Shown one piece after another: positions 45,714 to 55,585 of a DNA stretch of 64,000 bases. The notes beneath the pieces were generated by a model. It was not told the origin of the DNA. It did no database searches and saw nothing but the letters and a program-made list of their open reading frames with translations. The first letter of the stretch is position 1; every line of letters begins with the position of its first letter. The DNA lies in the NCBI GenBank assembly GCA_040753675.1, contig JBFMEB010000005.1, positions 2,303-66,302 on the forward strand, in the 5' to 3' direction. The DNA comes from Candidatus Omnitrophota bacterium. GTDB lineage: Bacteria > Omnitrophota > Gorgyraeia > JAHJTE01. The position numbers and the translations under genes were made by a program.

Positions 45714-47587
45714 TGCCAAAGAACATTTTGAAACATCGTATTAAAAACGCTATTGAAAAAAAAGATTATAAAAAAGCTTATAATCTAACTGTGCAATTTT
45801 TGGATGAAGATTTACACATAAGCGAACTTATAATGTTAGATAAGTTCTGGCAGAAGAATATTAATAGAGCCTCAGAAGAACTTATGCTCAAACCTCTTCA
45901 TTTAGCCGTCACAGGTAGCTATACTTTAGATACGATTGTTTCGGTAATACGTCTTTTTCTTTTAAAAGATGGATATCGTGCTGATATTTATCAGTCAGAT
46001 TATGGAGTTTTTCAACAAGAGATTATTAATAAAGATAGTGCACTTTATGCTTTTAACCCCCATATCATACTATTGTTTATTGGTTATCGTGATGTAAAAG
46101 ACTTCCCTTCTCCTGGCATGTCTTTTGAAGAAATAAATAAAATGATAGAAATAGAGACATCTAGATATAGCCGTTTATGGCAACTACTTTCAGAAAGATT
46201 AACTTGTCATATTATCCAAAACAACTTTGATGTACCTTTGGAGAGAACTTTTGGGGAATTGGAAACAAAATATCCTTGGACTAAAAGTAATTATCTTAGG
46301 CGACTAAATTTGAGATTAGGAGAGGTTGCGCCATCGTTTGTTTCTATTTTAGATATTGAGCATTTATCAGCAAAGATAGGCAAAGAATGCTGGTTTGACG
46401 AACGTTTTTATTATCATTCTAAACAAGGCATTTCTTTTGATTGCATTTCAGCTTATGTAAAAGTTCTTGTAGCTTTAGTAAAGGCGACAATAGGCGATTC
46501 CAAGAAATGTTTAGTTTTTGATTTAGATAATACTCTGTGGGGTGGGGTTATTGGTGAAGTCGGATTGGAAAATATTGAATTTGGTATAGGTTCTGCGCAA
46601 GGAGAAGCATATCTTGCCTTTGCTAAATATATAAAATCACTTAAAGATAAGGGAGTTATTCTTGCGGTTTGTAGTAAGAACGATGAAAAAATAGCCAAGG
46701 AACCATTCAGACTGCATCCAGAGATGCCTATCAAGTTAGAAGATATCGCTTGTTTTATGGCCAATTGGGAAGATAAGGCTACTAATTTAAGGAGAATCGC
46801 CAAGGAATTGAATATTGGTTTAGATTCCATAGTTTTTTTAGATGATGATATTGTTGAAAGAAAGATGGTTAGAGCATTTTGCCCTGAGGTTACCGTGGTA
46901 GAGCTGAAGGAAGACCCCTCATTGCAACCCCGCTTTTTAGATAGCAAGTATTATTTTGAGACTATTTCTTATTCAAAAGAGGACGCTGATAGAACTAATT
47001 TTTACTTAACAAGTAAAAGACTGCAAGAAATACGAGCCGATTATTCCGATTTGCCTTCTTTTTTGAAATCTTTGAAAATGGTGGGAAAAATTAGCCGATT
47101 TAATGAATCTGATTTAAAGAGAATCGTTCAACTTATTAATAAAACTAATCAGTTTAATCTTATGACAAGACGTTATACAGAAATGCAGGTTAGGAACTTT
47201 ATGAAAAATAATAATTGTATTACTTTATCTGTTAGACTGAAGGATAAATACAGTGATTATGGTTTGATTTCTGTTTTTATTGGAAATATTTCTGAAAAAA
47301 ATTTAATTATCGATACTTGGGTTATGAGCTGTAGGGTATTTTCTAGGACAACCGAATATTTTTTATTTAATTATATACTTTATGATGCAATAAAACGTGG
47401 GATAAATAAAATTTTAGGAACATATATTCCCACAAAGAAAAATCTTGCAGTAAAAGATTTATTCCAGCAATTAAGTTTTAATTTGGATTCTAAATCTGAA
47501 AATGGGACTACTAACTGGTCTTTAAGAATTAATCAAGACTTACCTCTAAAAGAAACTTATATTAAAGCAGCTACCTTAGATGAGTGA
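45713..47587 (+). CDS. FkbH-like protein (HAD-IIIC phosphatase domain; glyceryl-ACP-forming enzyme family) with N-terminal extension
   Basis: LVFDLDNTLWGGVIGEVGLENIEFGI is the FkbH/HAD-IIIC hallmark (DxDxT plus LWGG). A catalytic Cys-type C-terminal domain follows (IDTWVMSCRVFSR). 624 aa. Confidence 0.8.
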   Translation: MPKNILKHRIKNAIEKKDYKKAYNLTVQFLDEDLHISELIMLDKFWQKNINRASEELMLKPLHLAVTGSYTLDTIVSVIRLFLLKDGYRADIYQSDYGVFQQEIINKDSALYAFNPHIILLFIGYRDVKDFPSPGMSFEEINKMIEIETSRYSRLWQLLSERLTCHIIQNNFDVPLERTFGELETKYPWTKSNYLRRLNLRLGEVAPSFVSILDIEHLSAKIGKECWFDERFYYHSKQGISFDCISAYVKVLVALVKATIGDSKKCLVFDLDNTLWGGVIGEVGLENIEFGIGSAQGEAYLAFAKYIKSLKDKGVILAVCSKNDEKIAKEPFRLHPEMPIKLEDIACFMANWEDKATNLRRIAKELNIGLDSIVFLDDDIVERKMVRAFCPEVTVVELKEDPSLQPRFLDSKYYFETISYSKEDADRTNFYLTSKRLQEIRADYSDLPSFLKSLKMVGKISRFNESDLKRIVQLINKTNQFNLMTRRYTEMQVRNFMKNNNCITLSVRLKDKYSDYGLISVFIGNISEKNLIIDTWVMSCRVFSRTTEYFLFNYILYDAIKRGINKILGTYIPTKKNLAVKDLFQQLSFNLDSKSENGTTNWSLRINQDLPLKETYIKAATLDE

Positions 47588-47825
47588 TATTAAAAAAAGA
47601 CTACAGGATATATTTCGCTATGTGTTTGAGAAGAAAAATCTCAAAATTTTTGATGAGATGACAGCTAATGATATAGAGGAGTGGGATTCCCTTATGCACA
47701 TTAATTTGATCATTGCTATCGAGAAAGAATTTTCTATTAAATTTAAACTGGGGGAACTCGTAGAGTTGGGAAATGTTGGCGATACTATACAACTAATTGA
47801 GAAAAAGCTAATGAAACAAAATTAA
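47580..47825 (+). CDS. Acyl carrier protein (DSL phosphopantetheinylation motif)
   Basis: 81 aa with EEWDSLMHINLIIAIEKEF. Overlaps the FkbH stop by 8 nt, suggesting translational coupling. Confidence 0.75.
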   Translation: MSDIKKRLQDIFRYVFEKKNLKIFDEMTANDIEEWDSLMHINLIIAIEKEFSIKFKLGELVELGNVGDTIQLIEKKLMKQN

Positions 47826-47873
47826 TGCGAAGGTCTTTATAGAGATGCATTAGTTTTAAAATTATAAAATAAG

Positions 47874-48611
47874 ATGATAATTATACTTTTGGCAGCTTAT
47901 AACGAAGAGAAAGATTTGCCACAGTTGTTGGCAAGGATTAGAGAATCGATAGCTAAGAATCATTACGAATATCGGTTATTTATTGTAAATGATGGTAGCA
48001 CCGATGGTACTGTGAATGTGGTTAAGGAGCATATGCAAATAATGCCGATAGACTTTATTGATTTTAAATTTAATCGCGGAGTAGGGGAAGCTTTCAGGGT
48101 GGCTTTGCGGCAGGTGCTTAAAATTGCCAAAGATTCAGATATTATTGTGACCATGGATGCAGATAATACGCACGACCCAAATTTAATAAAATCAATAGTT
48201 GAAAAGATAGATGAAGGTAATGATATTGTCATAACTTCTTGCTATGGGGAAAATGGCAAAATAACAGGATTGTCTTTTTCTCGCCATGTGTTAAGTCGAA
48301 GCTGTAACCTTGTTTATAGGCTTTTATTCCCAATCAAAGGAGTAAGTTTATATACTGGTTTTTATCGGGGGCATACAGCTAGAGCATTTCGCAAAACCGA
48401 AGGAATTTTTGGAGATAATCTTATAGAGTCGGTTGGATTTGGTGCTATGGCAGAATTGTTAATTAAATTCAGAAAGGCAAATTTAAGAATAGCCGAAATC
48501 CCCATGACATTGAGATACGATATTAAAATAGGAATAAGTAAGATTAAAATCCTTTCGACAATTAAGGAGCATCTGACATCAATTTTTAAAAACATATATA
48601 ATAATTATTGA
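47874..48611 (+). CDS. GT2 polyprenyl-phosphate sugar synthase (DPM1/ArnC-like)
   Basis: MIIILLAAYNEEKDL, NDGSTDGT, MDADNTHDP (DxD). 245 aa. Followed by a GT-C membrane transferase. Confidence 0.83.
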   Translation: MIIILLAAYNEEKDLPQLLARIRESIAKNHYEYRLFIVNDGSTDGTVNVVKEHMQIMPIDFIDFKFNRGVGEAFRVALRQVLKIAKDSDIIVTMDADNTHDPNLIKSIVEKIDEGNDIVITSCYGENGKITGLSFSRHVLSRSCNLVYRLLFPIKGVSLYTGFYRGHTARAFRKTEGIFGDNLIESVGFGAMAELLIKFRKANLRIAEIPMTLRYDIKIGISKIKILSTIKEHLTSIFKNIYNNY

Positions 48612-48621
48612 AAGATAATTT

Positions 48622-50139
48622 ATGCTCTCTAAAAACAAAAAAATATGGTTTTTTTTTATAATTTTGTTATTAGCATTAGCCCTCAGATTGCCGAATATAG
48701 AAAAAAGTTTGAATGGTGACGAAGCTTATACTGTTATAGGTGCCAGAAATAATTTGTCTGAAATTATTCCGCATCTTTCTAAAGGTGAGCCACATCCACC
48801 ATTGACATATATCCTTTTGCATTTTTGGCTGTTTGTTGGCAGCTCAGATGGCTGGATTAGGCTTTTATTCATTTTATTTGGCTTAGGAGTTTGCTTTGTA
48901 ACTTATTTATTGGCCAAAGAATATATTAATGAGGAATTTGGCCTTCTGAGTATGTTTTTTGTTAGCCTATTGCCGGGGCAGATTTATCTATCTCAGTATG
49001 TACGGGTCTATATTGTTGCTACCTTTTTTATTAGCCTCTCAGCCTATTTTTTTATAAAACTGCTACGTTATGAGCATAAATTTTCCAATTGGCTTGGATA
49101 TCTTATTTCTACAATTTGTAGTTTATATACTTTTTATTTTGTAATTTTGTTTATTATTGGAGAAAATATTTTTCTGTTTATAAATTGGAATAGATACAAA
49201 AAAATTATTACGCGCTGGATTTTAACTCAAATTACGATATTGCTATTGTTTTCTTTTTGGATACCTAATCTTTTCATGCAGAGATTTAAAATTAGCTATT
49301 CAACGGTAGTCGCTGCAAAAAAAGGTTTTTATATAGCGGGGCAACATTTCGGACTTTTAGCACGTTGGGTTATGGCTACGTTAGGGCTGGATCCTATTTT
49401 TTTATCCGAAGGTTTATCTGGAAAATTGCCTCATCAGTTGCTTGCTGTTGTGGCAATTTCTAGCATAATTATATTATTTGTGGTGCTCACTTTAGCAGTT
49501 AATTTTTTTAGAAAATACCACAAGATAGGCAGGCACGAAGCCTACTTATTTCCTGTGTTAGTTATTGTCCCGATCATTGTTGCGGGTTTGTGGCGCAATT
49601 TAAGCAATGGAGCGGTTGCTGCACGTTATTTTATTTGTATCTCGGGTATCTTCACATTGATTTTAATCGCTGCAATTTTTTTTATCGAAAGAAAAAAGGC
49701 GCAGATAATACTTATTTCAACATTTTGCTTTTTCTGCATGCTTAGATTGCCTGTAGTTTATGCTCCAGAGGAGAACTGGCGCGAGGCCGTTAATCATATT
49801 GAGAGAGAGCTAAAAACTGATGATTGTATAGTTTTTTTTAGGTCTGGCCACAGCGGATATAATTATTATGCCAATTCAAACATTCCGCAGATTACTTTTG
49901 CTACTTATATGGATATGAGCCAAAGGACATTTGATTTTCTGAATATCCAACAAGAAGATTCAAAAAGACTCTATCAAATATTAAAGCCATACAAACGTAC
50001 GTGGATAATTTTAACTCATCATCTTATGTTTTCAGGATTCGATAAGATGATTACCTGGTTTAGCGATAACAGATACAAGATATTAGAAGAAAGTAAATTT
50101 GAAGGAATTGAACTTTTATTATATGAACGGCCGATCTAA
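48622..50139 (+). CDS. GT-C fold membrane glycosyltransferase (ArnT/PMT, GT39/GT83-like)
   Basis: 505 aa with about 11 TM helices. N-terminal loop with NGDEAYTVIGARN (DE motif of GT-C) and a soluble C-terminal domain. Confidence 0.72.
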   Translation: MLSKNKKIWFFFIILLLALALRLPNIEKSLNGDEAYTVIGARNNLSEIIPHLSKGEPHPPLTYILLHFWLFVGSSDGWIRLLFILFGLGVCFVTYLLAKEYINEEFGLLSMFFVSLLPGQIYLSQYVRVYIVATFFISLSAYFFIKLLRYEHKFSNWLGYLISTICSLYTFYFVILFIIGENIFLFINWNRYKKIITRWILTQITILLLFSFWIPNLFMQRFKISYSTVVAAKKGFYIAGQHFGLLARWVMATLGLDPIFLSEGLSGKLPHQLLAVVAISSIIILFVVLTLAVNFFRKYHKIGRHEAYLFPVLVIVPIIVAGLWRNLSNGAVAARYFICISGIFTLILIAAIFFIERKKAQIILISTFCFFCMLRLPVVYAPEENWREAVNHIERELKTDDCIVFFRSGHSGYNYYANSNIPQITFATYMDMSQRTFDFLNIQQEDSKRLYQILKPYKRTWIILTHHLMFSGFDKMITWFSDNRYKILEESKFEGIELLLYERPI

Positions 50140-50199
50140 TTTCTTTGCTTTGATCAGCAAAATCTAATTGCATTAGTTTTATATGGGAGGAGGATAACC

Positions 50200-51231
50200 G
50201 TGGTGAATATAGGAGTTATCGGTTGTGGTCATTGGGGACCTAATTTAGTAAGGAATTTCGTTGAATTACCCGATGTTGAATTAAAGGTTCTATGTGATTT
50301 GGACGAAAATAAGGTTAAGTCGTTGAAAAAATACTACCCCAGTGTTAATACGGTCACAGATTATAAAGAAATACTTGATAATAAAGAAATAGATGCTGTG
50401 GCTATAGCTACGCCTGCCAAGAGTCACTATGCATTAGCAAGAGAATGTCTCTTAGCCGGAAAACATATTTTAGTCGAGAAACCATTAGCTCTATCCAGTA
50501 GTGAAGGAGCGGATTTATTGCAGCTTTCAGAAAAATATAAAAAGGTTTTAATGGTTGGACACACTTTTTTGTATAACCCAGCAATACGCGAATTAAAAAA
50601 ATATATAAAGTCCAAAGAAATCGGGGATATATATTATATTTTTTCGCAGAGATTGAATTTAGGCCAGATTAGGAGAGATGTCAATGCTATGTGGAATTTT
50701 GCTCCGCATGACATTTCTATAATTTTGCATCTAATTGATGAAATACCTATTAGGGTAAATGCGAAAGGATTGTCCTGCCTACATAGCGACAACGAAGATA
50801 TAGTTTTCTTAAATCTCGATTTTAAGAGCGGCATAAATGCCCATATTCATATTAGTTGGCTAGATCCTGTAAAAGTACGCAGGATGGTAGTTGTAGGCAG
50901 CAAAAAGATGATTGTTTATGATGATATTAGCGCCGATTCAAAAATTCAAATTTATGATAAAGGAGTAGATAAAATTAATAATTCCAAAAATGCACAGGGT
51001 TTAGGTTCTTTTGCGGAATTTCAGTTAAAGCTTCGTAGCGGCGACATTCATATCCCTCGAATAGACTTTTACGAACCGCTAAAAGAAGAATGTGCTCATT
51101 TCATAGACTGTATAAAGAATAAAAGAGTGCCTTTGACCGATGGTAAACATGGTTTGATGGTTGTTAAGATTTTAGAAGTTGCAAATAATTCAATCAAACA
51201 GGCCGGTGCACCTATTAATTTTACAACATAA
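50200..51231 (+). CDS. Gfo/Idh/MocA family oxidoreductase (paralog of 10433-11440)
   Basis: VNIGVIGCGHWGPNLVRNF, EKPLALSSSEG, MVGHTFLYNPA. Clearly paralogous to the WbpB-like gene at 10433. Confidence 0.85.
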   Translation: MVNIGVIGCGHWGPNLVRNFVELPDVELKVLCDLDENKVKSLKKYYPSVNTVTDYKEILDNKEIDAVAIATPAKSHYALARECLLAGKHILVEKPLALSSSEGADLLQLSEKYKKVLMVGHTFLYNPAIRELKKYIKSKEIGDIYYIFSQRLNLGQIRRDVNAMWNFAPHDISIILHLIDEIPIRVNAKGLSCLHSDNEDIVFLNLDFKSGINAHIHISWLDPVKVRRMVVVGSKKMIVYDDISADSKIQIYDKGVDKINNSKNAQGLGSFAEFQLKLRSGDIHIPRIDFYEPLKEECAHFIDCIKNKRVPLTDGKHGLMVVKILEVANNSIKQAGAPINFTT

Positions 51232-51270
51232 TGCAATTGCCCAGTTACTCTCTATAAGGATGGTTAGATT

Positions 51271-52686
51271 ATGAAAGTACTTTTAATAAATCCACCGGAT
51301 AGGAATATGATAATCTCCGATAATCCATCTTTTATAGATGAAGAGAGAGGGGTTAATCCTCCTTTAGGTCTTTTATATCTGGCTGCTTATTTAAAGCAGA
51401 ACAGTAATCATGAGGTAGAGGTTCTTGATACGCTTGTTGAGAAAATAGGCTATGAAAGATTAGGTGAAATTATCGGCCAGAAATCTCCGGATATCGTAGG
51501 TATAACAACTACGACATTTACTTTAATTGACGTTATGAAAACCGCAAAGATAGTAAAGTCTGTTTCTGATGATATAAAGCTGGTCTTAGGTGGGCCTCAT
51601 CCAAGTATCTACCCACGAGAGTCGGCATCTCTGAAAGAAATTGATTTTGTAATTGCCGGCGAGGGAGAGAGGGTATTTCTCGCATTGATTAATAATATAA
51701 ATAATAAGGCTGTCCTTTCGACCATAAACGGGCTCTTTTTCAAAAATAACGGCAAGGTCATTGGAAATGCGCAGTGTGACTTTATAGACGATTTGGATAA
51801 TCTTCCCTTTCCCGCAAGGAGTCTTACGCCCTACAGAAAATATAACTCTATCATTGCTAGGAGAAATCCTATAACCACAATGTTTACCTCCAGAGGTTGT
51901 CCGTTTAATTGTTCATTTTGTGACAGGCCACACATGGGTAGGCACTTTCGGGCGAGGTCATATAAAGGCGTTGTAGACGAAATGCAGGAATGTGTAGGAA
52001 TGGGCATAAAAGAGATATTTATCTACGATGATACTTTTACCGTAGATAGAAAAAGAGTCTTAGATATATGCGAGGAAATAATCAGGAGGAATTTAGATTT
52101 TAGCTGGGATATAAGGACAAGGGTTGATACAGTAGATGCAGAGATGCTAGTAAAGTTGAAAAAAGCTGGCTGTGAGAGGATTCACTATGGAGTAGAGGCA
52201 GGTACCGATAAGATACTTAAGATTCTAAATAAAGGAACAAGTGTAAAGAAGATAAAGGATAGCTTTAGATTGACTAAAAAAGTAGGAATTTCTACCTTGG
52301 CCTATTTTATGATTGGTTCACCTGAGGAGAAAAAAGAGGATATATTGTCTACAATAAATCTTATGAAAGAATTGAATCCCGATTACGTCCATATTACCAT
52401 AACAACCCCTTTTCCTTCAACAGAACTTTACAGAAAGGCTATGTTAGAAGGTGTTATAAAAAGCGATTATTGGAGAGAGTTTGCTAACAATCCAGATCAG
52501 AAGATATCTTCAATATATTGGGAAAAGGAATTTACAAGAGAAGAGCTGCTCGATTTATTAAGTTTCGCTTATAAGAGTTTCTATGGAAGACCAAGTTTTA
52601 TATTATCTAATCTTATTAAGATAAGATCATTTGTTGATTTTAAAAGAAAAGCCAAGGCAGGTTTTAAGATTCTAAGTGCTAAATAG
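51271..52686 (+). CDS. B12-binding (class B) radical SAM enzyme
   Basis: MKVLLINPP..LGLLYLAAYLKQ. FTSRGCPFNCSFCDRP. FMIGSPEE. 471 aa. Confidence 0.85.
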   Translation: MKVLLINPPDRNMIISDNPSFIDEERGVNPPLGLLYLAAYLKQNSNHEVEVLDTLVEKIGYERLGEIIGQKSPDIVGITTTTFTLIDVMKTAKIVKSVSDDIKLVLGGPHPSIYPRESASLKEIDFVIAGEGERVFLALINNINNKAVLSTINGLFFKNNGKVIGNAQCDFIDDLDNLPFPARSLTPYRKYNSIIARRNPITTMFTSRGCPFNCSFCDRPHMGRHFRARSYKGVVDEMQECVGMGIKEIFIYDDTFTVDRKRVLDICEEIIRRNLDFSWDIRTRVDTVDAEMLVKLKKAGCERIHYGVEAGTDKILKILNKGTSVKKIKDSFRLTKKVGISTLAYFMIGSPEEKKEDILSTINLMKELNPDYVHITITTPFPSTELYRKAMLEGVIKSDYWREFANNPDQKISSIYWEKEFTREELLDLLSFAYKSFYGRPSFILSNLIKIRSFVDFKRKAKAGFKILSAK

Positions 52687-52692
52687 AAAGAT

Positions 52693-54114
52693 ATGAAGAT
52701 ATTATTATTAAACCCCCCCTTTACGGAATACGGCGGCCTGGAAGGCCATGGCGGAAAAGCAGCGCCTTTAAATCTAGCATATTTAGCTGCATTTCTAAGA
52801 GCAAAGCGTCCACAAGATAAGATATCCATACTGGATTGTGAGGGTCTGGAGCTTTCTTATAATGATATAGCAATTGAACTAAAAAGCATACAACCGGATA
52901 TAGTTGGTATTACTGCTCCTACGCCTGCCTATGTCCAGGTGAAGGAGGTTTCAAAGATTATTAAAGAAATTAGTAAAGATATAAAAGTTATATTAGGAGG
53001 GCCTCATCCTACAGCATTTCCATTAGAGACTGTTAAAGAAGAGTTTGTTGATTTTTCAGTATACGGCGAAGGAGAGTTAACTCTTTTGGACTTAGTTAAT
53101 GCCATCGATAAAAAAATGGATTTTAGTTCAGTAAAAGGCATAGCTTTTAAGGATATTTATGGTGATGCTCATTTGACAGAATTGCGCCCATTAATTCAGG
53201 ATTTAGATTCGATTCCCTTCCCAGCAAGAGAACTTTTGCCACTAGAGATATACTTTCCACCTCCAACAAAACGGGTCAGTAATAAAAAAAGTGGAAATAT
53301 GATTACCTCCAGAGGTTGTCCGTATCAGTGTACTTATTGTATGGCGCGAATTATATGGAATAAAAAAGTACGTTATAGAAGCGTTAAAAATGTTGTAGAT
53401 GAGATCGAAGAATGTGTTAAGAATTTTGGAATAGGTGAATTTAATTTTCATGATGAATTATTTACTTTAAAAAAAGAACGCACAATTGAGATTTGTAGGG
53501 AAATAAGACGCAGAAAGTTAGACATAGCCTGGGTATGTATGGTTCGAGTTGATTATGTCTGGGAAGATGTTTTAAGAGAGATGAAATTAGCGGGTTGTAA
53601 GAAAATAATGTTTGGATTTGAATCCGGCTCACAAGAAATTTTAGACCTGATGAAGAAAAATGTTAAAGTAGAACAGGCTTATGAGGCTGTTAAGTTAGTA
53701 AAACGTTGTGGAATTAAGACCGCCGGAAATTTTATGTTTGGCAATATTGGAGAGACTGAAGAGACTATAAGGAAGAGTATCAATCTGGCAAAAAGATTAA
53801 ATACAGATACCGTGGCATTTTTTATTGCCAGTCCATATCCGGGTACTGAATTTTATAATATTGCCAAGGAAAGTGGATATTTTAGGCAAGGCCTAGACTG
53901 GAAAGATTTTACATTAGTCTCTGATAATGCAAGACCACCTTTAGACCTTCCCGGATTGAGTTCTGAAAGAATAGCCTATTGGCAAAAGAAAGCATATAAA
54001 GAATATTATTTTAGGATGGATTACATATTTCAGAAATTATTTGGCATACGTTCAATTATTGATGTTAATAATCTATTTTATGGGGTCAGACTTTTATTTA
54101 AATTGCAAAAATAA
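52693..54114 (+). CDS. B12-binding (class B) radical SAM enzyme
   Basis: MKILLLNPPF..LNLAYLAAFLRA. ITSRGCPYQCTYCMAR. 473 aa. Confidence 0.85.
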   Translation: MKILLLNPPFTEYGGLEGHGGKAAPLNLAYLAAFLRAKRPQDKISILDCEGLELSYNDIAIELKSIQPDIVGITAPTPAYVQVKEVSKIIKEISKDIKVILGGPHPTAFPLETVKEEFVDFSVYGEGELTLLDLVNAIDKKMDFSSVKGIAFKDIYGDAHLTELRPLIQDLDSIPFPARELLPLEIYFPPPTKRVSNKKSGNMITSRGCPYQCTYCMARIIWNKKVRYRSVKNVVDEIEECVKNFGIGEFNFHDELFTLKKERTIEICREIRRRKLDIAWVCMVRVDYVWEDVLREMKLAGCKKIMFGFESGSQEILDLMKKNVKVEQAYEAVKLVKRCGIKTAGNFMFGNIGETEETIRKSINLAKRLNTDTVAFFIASPYPGTEFYNIAKESGYFRQGLDWKDFTLVSDNARPPLDLPGLSSERIAYWQKKAYKEYYFRMDYIFQKLFGIRSIIDVNNLFYGVRLLFKLQK

Positions 54115-54144
54115 TTTTTTAAGATTAAGGCTTATTCCTAAAAA

Positions 54145-55572
54145 ATGAGTTGTCGAATTGCATTTATAGTGCCTCCTTCGCAAGCCATATCATTAAAATT
54201 CGTTTCCTATCAGCAGCCTATAAACATGGCTTATTTAGCTGCTGAGGTTATCAAGGCTGGCCATAATGCCGTGATATGGGATTATGGAGTTGAAGAGTAT
54301 AATTTAGAAGACATTATTGATAGAATTAATGGTTTTAAGCCTCAGATAATAGGTATCCATTGCAAAACTTTTAGCATTATTCAGGGTAATGAACTGGCAA
54401 GGGAAATTAAGAAAAGTTACCCCCAGATATTAATCCTGGTGGGGGGGCCTCATTCTACGGCACTGCCGGAAGAGACATTGAGAGAGTTTGAGAATTTCGA
54501 TGCTGTGGCTATAGGAGAAGGTGAGAAAACAATCGTTGATTTATGTGAACATATAGCAATAGGTAAATCGCTAGAGGGTGTAAATGGTATAGCAATACGC
54601 AACGGGATAAAGATAATACGCACTTCACAGAGAGAATTAATAGCTGATTTAAATGCACTTTCATATCCTGCTAGACAATTGCTACCAGAAAATTTATATA
54701 ATAAACGCCATGCTTCAAGGGGGATTTCTTCTCGTGGACGAAAAGTAACAGAGATCTTTACTTCGCGGGGTTGTCCAGGGCAATGTATTTTTTGTGCGGC
54801 ACGTCTTTCCTATGGAAATTGTGTTCGATTTAGAAGTTTAGATAATGTATTAGGAGAGGTAGACGAATGTATAAATAAATTCTCCTATGATCACATAGTT
54901 ATTCAAGATGATACCTTTACCCTAAATCATGAAAGAGTATACGGGTTGCTTGAAGGATTTCGAAAACTCGGCGTTAAATCATGGAGTTGCGATACAAGGG
55001 TCGATGCTGTAGATAAAGATCTAATTAGAGAGATGGCGCGTTCAAACTGCAAAAAAGTTTCCTTAGGGGTAGAATCGGGAAGCGAGAGAATTTTAAAGCT
55101 GATAAAGAAGAATATTAGTCTACAGCAGGTACGCAACGCGGTTAGATGGGCAAGGTCCTCTGGAATCCAGTTGGTTGAATGCACTTTTATCATTGGTAGT
55201 CATCCCGATGAGACAAATGAAGATGTTTCTCTTACCTGGAAGATGATAAAAGAACTTAGTCCGGATATAATCTCTGTTTCAGTAATAGTTCCCTATCCTG
55301 GTACAGAAGTTTACAGTTTAATGAAAGAGAGAGGCTATATTGATAATCAAGACTGGGAAAACTTTCAATTGATAGGCAGTAAATTAAGCTGGCATACAAA
55401 ATATTTTTCTTCAGAGGAATTGCTTCGGCTGCAGCGGCAATTTATTAATAACTATTATTTTAATTTCAAATATATTATGCGCTCCTTAAGAAGAGCCAAG
55501 AGTATCAAAGATATCAGCTATCTCTTCAAAACAGGACTGGGCGTCTTAGGGTTTCTCTTTAAGAAAGATTGA
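54145..55572 (+). CDS. B12-binding (class B) radical SAM enzyme
   Basis: IAFIVPP..INMAYLAAEVIKAG. FTSRGCPGQCIFCAAR. FIIGSHPDET. 475 aa. Confidence 0.85.
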   Translation: MSCRIAFIVPPSQAISLKFVSYQQPINMAYLAAEVIKAGHNAVIWDYGVEEYNLEDIIDRINGFKPQIIGIHCKTFSIIQGNELAREIKKSYPQILILVGGPHSTALPEETLREFENFDAVAIGEGEKTIVDLCEHIAIGKSLEGVNGIAIRNGIKIIRTSQRELIADLNALSYPARQLLPENLYNKRHASRGISSRGRKVTEIFTSRGCPGQCIFCAARLSYGNCVRFRSLDNVLGEVDECINKFSYDHIVIQDDTFTLNHERVYGLLEGFRKLGVKSWSCDTRVDAVDKDLIREMARSNCKKVSLGVESGSERILKLIKKNISLQQVRNAVRWARSSGIQLVECTFIIGSHPDETNEDVSLTWKMIKELSPDIISVSVIVPYPGTEVYSLMKERGYIDNQDWENFQLIGSKLSWHTKYFSSEELLRLQRQFINNYYFNFKYIMRSLRRAKSIKDISYLFKTGLGVLGFLFKKD

Positions 55573-55585
55573 GGAGACAGATATT

